A stretch of DNA of 36,175 bases from a virus. Its lineage: Duplodnaviria; Heunggongvirae; Uroviricota; Caudoviricetes. The number at the start of each line of letters is the position of its first letter. The stretch's first letter is position 1. Of the stretch, positions 1 to 11,524 are shown in pieces. Under the pieces are notes generated by a model that saw nothing but the letters and a program-made list of their open reading frames with translations, did no database searches and was not told the DNA's origin. The stretch is taken from the IMG/VR virus record IMGVR_UViG_2832442593_000001, positions 51,845-88,019 of that record; one strand, written 5' to 3'. Both the position numbers and the translations under genes were made by a program.

Positions 1-5
1 GGCCA

Positions 6-3000
6 TTATTTTTTGATTTTGAGAACTTCGATAATGTCGTTGACCATGCGGCGGGATACAGCTTCATGCTGCTTAACCGTATCTCCGTCCGCACCTTTGA
101 TGATTGTGTCGCCGAAGGTAACGTTCGTGACGTTCTCACGCGGGATCGTGACAACTTCACGGTTTACGCCGGAAACAGGCATCTGAGCGGCCTTGGACAG
201 GTCGGGCAGGGCAGAAGCGGACAAACCGCTGGTAATGGCGGACATTACCTTGAGAATGGAGTCGAGCGACTGCTGTTTGGGCTTGTCGAGCACGATTTCG
301 CCCTTTTGCAGAATCGCCATCATCTCGTCTTGACGCAGGGTAGAGGCATCGCCGACAACGCCGCCGGTGTGGTATATACCGAGGTACTTATCATAGATGT
401 TATTGCCATACTTGTCATACCAAACACCAGTGTGACCATCATAGTGAACACCGAGATCGTACTGGCTGTTGAGTTGACCAGCATAGTCGGCATTCTTTTG
501 GTTGAGCGCTTTCTTCTGCTCCACCGTCATGTTGGCAGACCAAGTATCACTGTTCTTCTTCATCTTCGCCACGATTCGAGCGATCCCAGCCGCATCTGCA
601 TCCCCAGTGCCGTATTTATTCGAATCGCCAATGATATTGGAGTTGGAACCGTTGGAAGAAGAATTGGAACCGTTTTCACCAAGACGATCATAGACTTCGA
701 GGTAAGTAGCATTGTACTTCTCCATAGCCTTTTGGGCGTCTTGCCATGCTTGCGTAACCTTGGCATTGATGTCCGAACCCGCACGAGTGTTATATTCAAT
801 TAAATCATCGTAAAGTGTTGCCCAACCATCTTGTATTCTCTTTCGAGCCATTTGGTAAAGTTTTTCCTCCGATGAAATTGAATCCTGCAGTTTCTTAATC
901 TCGGCGTCCTTTTCCTTCTCGTAAGCCTCCTGCATCTTATCAAGATTATCGGTCTGACGGTCATAGGCTTCATTTGCCTGCGTCTCGCCAAGTTCTTTTT
1001 GGAGATCGGCGAGTTGTTCTTCAAGGTCTTTACGCTTTGCGATTGACTCGCGGCTGTCATCCAGAGACAGAGCGTTAATCTTCTCTTGGAGCTTTGCCAT
1101 TTCCTTGACCTTGTCGGCTACCTCGTCCTGATAGTCGGCTTCGTCCTTGCTCAGTTGCAGGCTTTCCTTCTTCTTATCGATGATCTCGCTATACTTATCC
1201 TTCAGCTCTTCCAGAGCGTCAACCTGCTGGTCGATTTCGTCTCGAATCATATCCTCGACGTACTTGAACAGAGCGTCAACGCTATCCTTGGTGTCATCGA
1301 AGTCGATTCCGACGCCGGCTTTTACGTTAGCCAGAACGCTGCGGTATGCATCTACATTCTTAACTGCCTGCTCGTAGCCTTCCTTAGTGAGGTCAAGCAT
1401 AGCGAGTTGCGCGTACACAGAACTCCACTGAACCTCAGTCAGGTCGGCCGTTGCGTTCAGCAGATTATTTAGAGAAACAACGTCGTTCTCCTGCAGAGCC
1501 ATGCGCAGACGCTCCACATAAGCGGAGGCGCTTTCCAAAGCCATCTGATCAGTCTTAGCTTTGATAACGCGGTTGATGGCTTCCTCGTTGATGGTCAGAA
1601 GACCATTCTCGTCTTTGAGGTATCCCATGTATTCGACGCCAAGTTTGGAGATTTCTTGGAAGGTATCGACGGAGATGAAACCACCATTTGTCGAGTATTC
1701 CTCGGCGGCCTTCTTGAACGTGTCGAGAACGTCCTGAATCGTATCAACAGAGTCGCTTGCCGCATCAACGATATCAGAGAGATAGTCGATGACTTTCTGC
1801 TTAACATCCTTAACAGCGTCTTCGTACTCCCACCACTGGTCGGAGAGATCGGCCACTTCGTCACTGAGATCGGAATATCCCATGCCGCGGTAATACTGCG
1901 CTTCCTTGTGCAGGTTCTTCTGAGCTTCGCGATAATGGTCAATGATGCCGTTGAGCGTGGACTCAATTGCATCGCCATCGATAGACGAGAAGATAGTATC
2001 GACCGTCTTGGTTTCGAAACTGTCTGCAACGCCGCTGAAGATGCCGGCCAGAGGGTTGCCCTTCTTGGCGACACCGTTCAGAATATTCTGCGACAGCTTT
2101 GCCGAATTGAAAATCTTACGCTGAGCACGAGTGAAAGAGCGCTCGAGCTTATCAGTATCGAGCAGGCGGTCAAGGCTTCGCTCGGCCAGTTTGATAGCAT
2201 TTTCATGTTCCGACGTGATCTTGTCGTACATGTCCTTCATCGTGTCGATGATGCTGTCATGCGCTTCCCACCATGTCTTTTGCTGTGACCTCACATACTC
2301 TGATGAATCCTTTTGGCCTTGGGCGCGAAATCTATCGGCGGCCTTCTTGGCTTCGTCTTGAATCTGCTTATAATATGCAACAATCTGCATCGGGTCGCCA
2401 CGCTGCTTTTCGACGAGGTAGATCTTATGCTCAAGCTGATCGATGATGTCCTCGACTTCTTCTTTGATTTTGTCAAGAGCTTCCTTCGCTGCGTCCTCGA
2501 GTTTAGAAGTATCAGCGGTTACCTTAACCTTCTGAGTCTTGGTTTTCGCGGATGAAGGGCCTTTCCAGTTATAATACTTACCGCCAGTTCCATAATCCAG
2601 ATTTGATAGCGCACCGGATGAAGATGCTCCATTATACGATTGTTTGAGACCACCGCGGATAAGACCAGCAGTAATGTTCGCAGGAACGATAGCATCACCG
2701 CGTTTGGTATCGATGACCTCCATGCCATGTTTGCCGACAATTTTGCTGTGTTTGCCATCGCGAGAAATCCACTGCTCAGGGCCAAGCTCACCAACAAGGG
2801 TTTTGCCGCCGACGGATTGACCACCGGAAGCCATGCCGGTCATAGTCCCGGTGAATCCGGTGTAACCGCCAGTGTATTTGTTTTTACCGGGGCCTGAGCT
2901 ACCAGTCGTTGTTGTCTCGTATGTTTTTTTATTAACGGTAATGGTAACAGTCTTGCTTCTGACACTATTCATCAACCCAGCCAAGCTGCTAACATTGGAA

Positions 3001-6000
3001 ATAGCCGCAGAAGTATTTACATTGACTACACGCTGTTTGTTGATAGCTGAGTCTAATGCTTTTCCCATTTCCTGAGCGGCCGGAGTAACAGGATCATTAG
3101 GAGTATCAACATTTGCCGAAACTTGCACGCCTACCTGTTTCGAACCATTAAGCAGCGACTGAGTTTCTTGATCAGCGTTAGTGGAAGCATTTACTGTAAC
3201 TGGAATACTCGGGGATAAAGTTCCGTTAATTATTGTCTGCGCGGGCGAATCCATATGAGTAGTCGCGTTTATTGAGACCGATTGACTATTGTCTACTAAT
3301 TTCTGTCCCGCCAAAAACTTCTGGGCGTTTTCATCCATATGCGTCACTACATTGATGTCAACTTCCGGATCGATTATTCCTGCTTCTTGAAGATCTTGAA
3401 GATTCTGTTTGGCTTGATCAAGTTGTGTCGTATCTGTTTTGAATACAATTGGTTTTGGCTGATATTCAGGACCAATCGGCTCACTATACTTTACTCCACC
3501 TGATTTGTCTGATGTGTCCGTAGTTCCTGTACGATAAGATCCGTCTGCAAATGATTTACATTTTTCGATAAGAGCATCAATTTTTGCCTCGGCCTCTGTC
3601 GTGTCGATGTTGAGATTGTACTTATGCTCGAACACTTCCGTCAGGTCGTCCATCATCCGCTGTGTTGTGTCTTCTTCGGTAATAGGAGCCTCACCGTTAA
3701 TAGTAAACTTATACGGGTCACCGTTTTCGCGAGTCTTGGTATTAAGCAGATTCAGCATGGTCGGCAAATCGCCTTCACTGATATTCAACCCAGACAATTC
3801 TTTTACTTTATCAACAAAAGCAGATACATTCTTGATATCAATAGACTGCGTACCATCGGACAGTTTCTCAACAGTAACAACACTTTCACCTATGCCAGAA
3901 AAGAATTTTTCGACATTCGCGGTCGAAAAATCTTTCCCCATTGCCGCGTTAAGCGCATTATACGAGTCAGTCAGTCGCTCGATGTCGTTGTACGTCATCT
4001 GAGTCGGATCAATGCCCGTATTTTTCGTTGCTGCTTCAAGCGCTTGTTTTTCAGCAACCGTCAAAGAATCCCATGCGGCTTTCGATGCTCGAAGAGAAGG
4101 TTCAATGTTCTTGCCGGCATCTATAGTTGCCTGATTCAGCTGATCTACGGTGTCCGAGACCGTGGAAATATTTGTTTCTGTTGGGTTGGAGTACGAGTCA
4201 ACCAGATCAAAGAACTGCTGCAGCGACGCGGTAGACATACCGAACGCGCGAGCGAGGTCAACAACATCGTTCGCCGCGACAGAAATACTGCCGTTCTTCC
4301 AATCTACCTGCATCATGCCGTCAACAAGAGCCTTCTGGTCTTTGCTGAGTGCGTTATATTTCTTGTGAAGTGTATTGAATCCGCCGGTCAGATCTTGTCC
4401 GACTTTATCTTCATCTTTACCGGTGAGGAAGAAACCTTGGTTTTCACTAATCCACTTTTTGGCTTCTTTGAGATCTACGACCTTACCAATGAGCAGCTCC
4501 ATCTGAGCACGAGCAGTATCGGTATTGATCTGCCCTTTTTTGACAGACTTTGCAAACTCATCGTAAATGCTGACCATATTTTCGTGGGTCTCAACATTGT
4601 CCGTTGATTTCTCAAGAGCAGTTTTATAGTCGGTGAGATCTTGCGCTACCGTTCTTACAGCTCCGGATTGAGCCTGTAACTTCTTGTTGAATTCATCTAA
4701 GAACTCTCCAAGGTGCCCAGCTTGATCAATCGCTTGCAGTTTACCAAGGTATTCCGAGACATTATCTCCACTGGTAGCGATAATCTTGTCAAATGTGCTA
4801 ATCTGGTCGCCGGTGAGATTGTCAAGGTTGAAGTCCTGCGCGGTCATGGTCATGGCTGCGAGAGCCTTTATTGCGTCTTCACTGCCACTCTGAATAGCGT
4901 TGAAGAATTCTCCGGTAGAATATCCGTTCGTTTTGCAGAAGTCCTGAATTGCGGAGGAAATTTGAGCAAGGGCACCGTCCGACCCAGCGAAATGCATGAT
5001 ATCTGCAGTACGTTCTGCGGTAGCGCCGATGTCAGCTATAATACCATATTGTGCTTTGTCTAATTTCAAGATATTGTCTGCCAATTCGCCCGGCATTGAA
5101 GCGGCTCTGCCTACGATGCCATTGATATAGCTATTTACCTCATCAGAACTCAGCGGAGTCAATGTACCATTAGCGTCCAGTAGGGGAGTGAATGCAATCG
5201 GTATTTTGTCTTTACCGAATTCACCCCACGAGCCAAGTACGGTAGAAACAGAACCGTCCATATCCTTGACGAAATTCTGCCAGTATTTCCCCATCGCTTT
5301 AGTGTCGTTTTCCCATTTTTTCTTTTCCTTTTCAGGAGCCCAGCTTAAAAACTCACTTTTATACTTCTCAAGATTTTCTTTCGTCCACTGAATGGACGAA
5401 CGATCATTCAGATCTAGATTGCCAAAAGTAGCCTTGTTAAGTTCCTCTGAAGTAACGCCCAATTTGGACATCTCTTTGTGAAGATCGACCCAGTTTTGAT
5501 AAAGACCTACAATTTCTTCCATCTTTCCGGGATCAGTAATCTTAACATCAGACAAATTATCTGTGATGGTCGCCTTCAGATCATCTGTTTGTTTCTGGAG
5601 ATCCTCGAGTCCGAACATCTTGCGGAAGTCAATGGCGTCTAGTTCTTCTTTTGATAATTCACTTCTCAAAGCTCCCTTGAGTGACAACATCGCTTTCTGA
5701 GCTTTTTCCTGATATTCAGAAACAGTCATGCTACCGCGATTTTCAATTAGGTCGGCGTAGTCTTCCATCGACTTTTTAGCATTATCATTATACTTCGCGA
5801 CCTTCATCATTGCTTCGGCATAATCAGTTGCAGCATTTTCAACACCGGCTGCATTAAGTTTAGATGCGTCGAGACTGTTGGCAAACGTAGAAAGGAATTG
5901 CTGTTGCTCGGGCGTCATGTCATAATACTTTTCGTTCGCCTGAAAAGCCGTATCTATCATCTGAGATACAGTATCTGTGGTGGATTCAATAGTGTCACCG

Positions 6001-7809
6001 GCTACATTCCATCCTTGAGCCACATTATTAGCTTCGGCGGCCAACTCGTTTGACAAAAGTCCGGCGTCACTTAATTGCGCCACAATAACCGCTAAGTTTT
6101 CTTTGATAGCGGCAGCGTTGGATTCAAAATATTCTTTTCTCCAGCCGGTAGAACTGAATCGTCCAGCAATACCTAACGAGCCTTTTATTTCGCCCTCTTT
6201 TACAAAATCATCATATGATTCGCCGGTAGCCTTTTGGATGATAGACATTACCTTGTTGGCATTTTTATCACTTTTATCTTTAGCGGCGGAGTAAATTTTA
6301 GTAAATAGATTTGCGGCTTTCTTATCTACTTCTTTCTCTCCGGCACGAGCGTTCTTATATTCTTCCCGGAACGCTACATACGCCGTTTGAGCGTTGTTGA
6401 GCCCGCCATCGTTGTCTGATGTTCCACCATATACGGTACTCTTCGCTTCCTCGACACGCTGTTGTTTCAGTAGCTCGATAGTTCGCTCAATCGAGTTGTT
6501 TTTGTCGATGATAGCCTGATTTTCATTGTTATATCCTTGCACCAAAGCAGGATTGATAGCAACCAGCTGTGAAACGATATCGTTATATTCTTGAAACTGT
6601 TCGGTGGATAGACTGATGTTTTCGCCACTGCTGGATACGCCCTTTGCCAGTTCTTCGAACCTGTCGCGCAGCCCCTCTACAGAGGATATATTTTCTTCGA
6701 TAGCTTTAGAACTTGAAGTGTAATTCTCTAAATTTTTACTGGTTACTTCCACAGCTTCTGCGCCGGTCATAAATGATTTGTCGATTGTTGCAATGGTACC
6801 TTCGATCAGTTTCGACACTGCCCAGATTGCTGCCATCGACACGGCCATGCTTGCAATAGCAGACCCGATTCCCTTAAAAGTTGATGTAATCTTGGCTCCA
6901 AGCGTTCCTATTTTTTCTTGCTTTGCAGTAAAGTTATCGATTTGTCCGCTAACAACATCCCATTCATTCCCGACGGTATCAAGGGATTTAGCGAACTCAC
7001 GGCTTTGAATAGCTGCGCCAGAAAGAGCTTTTTCAAAATCAGCACCTCTAAGTTTTTGCTTCATCTGAGCGTAGCTTTTCAGAATTTCATTTTGTTCCTG
7101 CCAATAGTCGTGGTTTTTGGTGTTATAATTTTTAAGCGAACTGAATAACCCGCTCCCACCAAAGATGGTTTCTCCGTATTCTCCTTTCCCGCCGATAACG
7201 CCTTTTCCGTTTATTGACAGAAGCAGGGAAGCAACAGGAGCGAGAAGCCCCGGAAGGATGCCAAGTTTATCAATCAGAGTGTTGAAGAACCCGAGAATGC
7301 CAGAACCAGCGTCGATAGTTCCTTTCACAAGACCAGAATCAAGAACACTCGTGCTTGCGGCCTGGAATTGCGCTTGGAACTGCGCAAGTTTACCTTGAAT
7401 AGAATCAAGATATTTTGCATTCTCAGCATCGGCTGAGCCAGTTGCGTTTTTAGTTGACTCGATGACGTCCTCAACGGTCGACCAGTTCTGGATGAGCGCA
7501 GCAGTTGTATTAGCTAATCTCTTGCCAGAAATGGTTTTGAGCAAAGCGGCTTGATCTATGTCGCTAAGACTGTCATAAACACCTGCAATTTCACGCATAA
7601 TTTGCGTGGTGCTCTTAAATTGCGTTCCAGCCTCGTCAGACATAATGTCCACTTTGTCGTGAGTTAAAGTTTTGATGGTTTTGCGAAGCTCACTTACAGA
7701 GTTTGCCATACCATCCGTTTCGATTCCGGCCTCTTCAGCATCAGCTTTAGCGGCACGGAGGTACATACTAAGGGTTTTAGCCCATGTTCCTACTGTATCA
7801 GGATCTTGT
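6..7809 (-). CDS. Tape measure protein, exon 4 (spliced gene: join 11473-9798, 9520-9498, 9155-9050, 7809-6; 9609 nt, 3202 aa)
   Basis: The 2586 aa ORF stays in frame upstream to A|CAA GAT CCT GAT ACA GTA GGA ACA TGG GCT AAA ACC CTT AGT ATG (QDPDTVGTWAKTLSMYLR). It is Ala/Glu/Lys-rich and helical/coiled-coil-like, with TMP-type C-terminal motifs (ASGG..VGELGPE, YHTGG..GEIVL). It lies downstream of the tail genes. Confidence 0.93.
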
Positions 7810-9049
7810 CGTTTCTGTTACTTGTTAGCGCTGATATACCGCTAATCTGACCGCAAAAGCGGCGGCAAGGTCTTTCGGCCTTACTCTCACGTTTCATTTC
7901 ATTATTGCGTGAGTCCGGACTGTATATTACACCCTTCCCGAAGGAGTGGGGTGGATCACTTCAGTGACAATGTTACCATTGTCACCCCGCAGTCTCTACG
8001 GATAAATGCAATGAATCTTTCAATATTTCTTCGATATTATGATATTGATAATACCAAATTTCAATGAGATTGATATGCTTTAGAGTAGCATACTCTCTCT
8101 TGCGTCGATCATGTTCTTGCTGAACAATAAACAATTCCGCATTACTCAAGCGAGCAGTTCCATCGTGAAATTCGCCCTGATATTCTATCAATGCATTATG
8201 CGACGGAATAAAGAAATCATATGACAATGATCTGCCTTTAACTCCAACAAGACCGCTAAATCGTTTCTGTTCTGTGAAATCAATGTGATTTTGTTGTAGA
8301 AAATTGGATATTTTCTTTTCGCCTTTGCTACGGTTACAGTATGGACAGAACTGCCGTTGTGCATTAGAATAAGACATTCTCTGAATGCCTTTATCTTTAT
8401 GATGATAGCAAATATATTTAAGCGGAGTATTTCCGTTAATATACGGCTGCTCTATCAAGAACATATCATGTGCATTAAATGTAGCTTTTACTTCTTGATA
8501 AGGGGTTCTTCTCTTTTCTGACGCTCTTTCTTGTCCGCAAAACGGACAGCCATAACCACTTTTAAGATTGTTATATGTGATAAACTGAGATCCCTGTTCT
8601 TGATGCTTAGGGCAAATGTATTCATATTTCTCTTTTGCTTTCAATTTCTTGTTTGTAATTAAGAAATAGTCTCTGGCATCAAACGCTGTTTTAATATCAT
8701 CAAAAGATGGCCCTTGTAATTCATCAAAACAATTCTTGCTACAGCAGATATGCTTCCGTTTACCGCTGTTCAACTGGTTTATTTTCGTAGATGACACTAA
8801 GAACTGTTTCCCACAATTATCACAAGAATACAAACATGGAGCGCCTGTAGCCGCGCGACGACAAGCTGCAGAACAGAATTTCGAATTTGGACGATCTTTT
8901 CGCCCGCGATACTCTTTCCCGCAATATTGACATATTTTCATTTTTATCTCTTTTCATTGCAAATTTTCCTCGGTCTCTGCTGTCTCCAGCCTTTGACCGA
9001 TATAGTGATCTACTTGCGAACGTATTACTACGCCGCGTGGCAAAGATCT
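7810..9049 (-). mobile_element. Group I intron 3 of the tape measure gene (1240 nt), carrying an endonuclease ORF
   Basis: Exon end GUGGU pairs with GCCAC in the intron (P1 with the U.G pair). R-like CCGTAGAGACTG and S-like AATATACAGTCC give P7 GACTG/CAGTC. The intron ends in G (…AGAAACG). Removal restores AANEVVQDPD. Confidence 0.92.
7982..8941 (-). CDS. Intron-encoded putative homing endonuclease (zinc-finger repeats plus a C-terminal DUF559/Vsr-like PD-(D/E)xK-type nuclease)
   Basis: 319 aa, AT-rich. Two CxxC…CSxxC motifs, two CxxH…CPxC motifs, and a C-terminal YDFFIP…LIEYQGEFHDG…HDRRKREYA…LIEIWY. The ORF runs into the intron R/P7 element. Confidence 0.82.
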   Translation of the reverse strand: MKICQYCGKEYRGRKDRPNSKFCSAACRRAATGAPCLYSCDNCGKQFLVSSTKINQLNSGKRKHICCSKNCFDELQGPSFDDIKTAFDARDYFLITNKKLKAKEKYEYICPKHQEQGSQFITYNNLKSGYGCPFCGQERASEKRRTPYQEVKATFNAHDMFLIEQPYINGNTPLKYICYHHKDKGIQRMSYSNAQRQFCPYCNRSKGEKKISNFLQQNHIDFTEQKRFSGLVGVKGRSLSYDFFIPSHNALIEYQGEFHDGTARLSNAELFIVQQEHDRRKREYATLKHINLIEIWYYQYHNIEEILKDSLHLSVETAG

Positions 9050-9155
9050 ACCACTTCGTTTGCTGCTGTTACGAGGCCCAAGCTCTCATCGAGAGAGTTG
9101 CCGCCTGCGTTCAGAGCCGCTGCTGATCTTTTGAGGGCTTCGCCAAGCCCTTCTG
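9050..9155 (-). CDS. Tape measure protein, exon 3 (106 nt)
   Basis: Reads (S)EGLGEALKRSAAALNAGGNSLDESLGLVTAANEV(V), the conserved TP901-type TMP repeat core. It is missing from the ORF track. Confidence 0.9.
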
Positions 9156-9497
9156 CGTACCTTTAGCGCGGGTCGTTACTCCGCACCGACATAAAGTCCT
9201 CCGTCTTTCAACGGAGCCGAGATCATATCTTCACCCCATAGGGTGCCTACCACTTTCAGAGCACTCGCCCCTACTTTGATCGTTGAACCTTCCTCTGTTC
9301 GAGGCTTGGCTGCTGATTATCCATTGTCACGGCGTTTAGGGTTTAACCTTGCGCCATCTCTCATTTTTTTTCTGCTTTCGCCGCATTCACGTTTGCGCCT
9401 GTTCGGCACTGCGTTGTAGCATGAGAGCTTTAGGACGTCCCAGCAATTCAATAGGTGATTTTGCGAACACATTTCTGTGAACGAAGTCCAATGATTA
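9156..9497 (-). mobile_element. Group I intron 2 of the tape measure gene (342 nt, no ORF)
   Basis: P1 AAGUU/GACUU. P motif AATTGCTGGGA, Q motif AATCAGCAG, R motif GTTCAACGATCA, S motif AAGATATGATCT (P7 GATCA/TGATC). Terminal G at 9156. Removal restores NYAISSEGLGEAL. Confidence 0.92.
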
Positions 9498-9520
9498 AAC
9501 TTATCGCGTAGTTGTTTCCG
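9498..9520 (-). CDS. Tape measure protein, exon 2 (23 nt micro-exon)
   Basis: C GGA AAC AAC TAC GCG ATA AGT T encodes (V)GNNYAIS(S) and bridges introns 1 and 2 in frame. Confidence 0.88.
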
Positions 9521-9797
9521 CTGTTTGTTACTTTTTTCCTTAAAAACGAAAAGAACAGGTCATTTCTGCCTGTTTCTGCAATTTCATTATTCGATTATAT
9601 TTGCAGACCCGACTATATCTTCACCTCCAAAAAAGGAGGGGATGGCATGACTCTGCACGTTACCGTGCAAAATCGGTTAGTCTGTACGGATTCTTGTGGT
9701 CAAACACAAGTCTTTCCTCGGTATTGCCCATCTCTGGGTGTTCACCGATATAGCCATCTTTTACGCTGCACATCGCTGTGCAGGGAGGCCGGTCAAA
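9521..9797 (-). mobile_element. Group I intron 1 of the tape measure gene (277 nt, no ORF)
   Basis: P1 GAGGU/GCCUC. P3 ATGGC/GCCAT. P4 TATCGGTG/AATACCGAG. R-like CCGTACAGACTA and S motif AAGATATAGTCG. Ends …AACAAACAG. Removal restores DRFNEVGNNYA. Confidence 0.92.
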
Positions 9798-11473
9798 ACC
9801 TCATTGAAACGGTCTACGACGCTTCCAACATCATCAGCAGCAAGATGGAAGCCCTGCAGAGTAGAAACAAGCGACTGTGCCGCGTCCTCAATGTTCGTGT
9901 ATTCCGACACGTTCATATATTTGGTCGCCCAGTCGCCAAGATTGGAGGCATCCTCCAAATTAAATCCGAGTCGGCTAAACTCAGATGTTGCTCCAATTAC
10001 ATCCGTAATCGAAGCGCCGAGGCTCTTCGCGCGTTCACCAGCGCTGTCAAGATAATTAGCGTAATCCTGACTTGAGCCTTCCGAAACCTTTTTCAGGTCG
10101 GTCATCGCCGTGTCAACGTCGATAACATTCTGGAGCGTCTGCTGTAAGCCGTTCTGCAATAAGTGCAGTCCTGCCATCGCAATAGCCGTGTTAAAGTGAT
10201 CCTTGAACAGACGAGTCAGCTTCTGCCCGACAGTTTCAGACGTAAACCCGAGTTCTTCCATACTGGAGCGAACTGCCGCGAGGTCTCTTTGAAGTCCCTC
10301 AACGCTGTCACCTTCGCCCGGGTTTCTCGCACGGCTCATAATGTTCTGCAGTTCGCCTTGAAAATAAGAACCCGCCGCTTTTGGGTTATTTTTAAGTGTT
10401 TCGCTGGCCTGCCGATAAATGTTCGCCAAATGTTCCTGCGATCTCTGAGAACGAACGGTCGCAGTTTGCTTAGCATTAAACAAATCCGCCTGTGCGCTCG
10501 CATCAGCCCACGCGGAACGGAGTCCATTCAGGCCCTGCTCCAGCTCATAAGTACCGGCCGCCGCATTCTGGAAAACAGATTTTGCATTCTCGAATGCCGT
10601 CCAGTCATAATTCTGTAGCGTCCCTTTATCTTTTAGAGCCTGAAGCTGCGTTATATATTTCTGGCCGGATGCCAAAACATTATCAGTAACCGACTGAGAG
10701 TTCTGTCTGGACACTGTAGTCCACATCTTCTTGATGCTTTTCTCAAGCGCATACTTCTCTGGCGTAAAATCCGCCATGCTCTTGTACTGTTTGAGCATCT
10801 TATCAAGGCTTGCTACATTCTCCTCACCAAAAAGGTTGCCCTGCTTGAGCTTTCCAAACTTAGAGCGAATCTGCTGAACATCCAACATAGATCGCTCGGC
10901 CTTTTCTGCAGCCTTCAAATTGTTGCGAGAGAACGCAATATTGGTCGCTTGCTGTGCCTCTTTCAGCGCGTTAACGCTTTCTACAGTTCCCTTGGTCGTT
11001 GACTCAAACTTCTTCATCGCAGTTTCAGCCGCCGAGATTGCCTTTGAGTCGATAGGACTCGCCATGTTCTTCAGATACGACATCGTCTGTCTCAAGCCGG
11101 TCGCCTGACGCTCCATTGTGCGCAACTGCCGTTCCACAGCCTTTTCTGCATCTGTTTTACCCGATGTAGAGCTTTTAGACGAGCTGCTCTTCGTGGTAGA
11201 AGAGCGAGTTGAAGCCGCAGAAGACTTAGCTTTGCCGGAGCTGTTTGTTCCAGTTCCGGCCGCCGATATAGCCTTTTTAATCTGAGCAGTGATATTTGCA
11301 GTATCAACCTTGATCGTAATCGGCGTTTTTGTAGCCGCGTCAATCGCATTCTTGATGTTCTGCGTCAACTCAGCAGAGTTGACATTGATAGGGAAGTCTT
11401 TGTAATTTTTAAGCGCAGTTTCCAACTGATCGCACTTGGGGATAAGTTCGACAGTAACGCCTAAATCAGCCAT
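9798..11473 (-). CDS. Tape measure protein, exon 1
   Basis: Helical N-terminus, then TP901-type TMP core (DVDTAMTDLKKVS…IGATSEFSRLGF…DRFNEV). RBS AAGGAAGG upstream of the ATG at 11473. Confidence 0.92.
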
Positions 11474-11493
11474 AAATTCACCTTCCTTATAGC

Positions 11494-11518
11494 AAAAAAG
11501 CCGCGGAAAGGCGCGGCT
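11494..11518 (-). terminator. Rho-independent terminator-like hairpin between phoH and the tape measure gene
   Basis: AGCCGCG-CCTTTC-CGCGGCT followed by a T run on the minus strand. Confidence 0.65.
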
Positions 11519-11524
11519 GTTAAA

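Noticed and set aside
6-2900. Cell-wall hydrolase (lytic transglycosylase or M23) domain in the TMP C-terminus
   Set aside because: I could not recognise the catalytic motifs of those families. An HMM search would be needed to exclude them fully.
9156-9160. Alternative 3' splice sites for TMP intron 2 (after …AAAG or …AAAGG)
   Set aside because: With the P1-defined 5' site (AAGUU), only the G at 9156 restores the frame and the ISSEGLGEAL motif.
7810-9797. Group II intron or IS element as the cause of the TMP interruption
   Set aside because: No GUGYG 5' end, domain V, reverse transcriptase, transposase or terminal inverted repeats were seen. U|…G| boundaries with P1 and P7 indicate group I.
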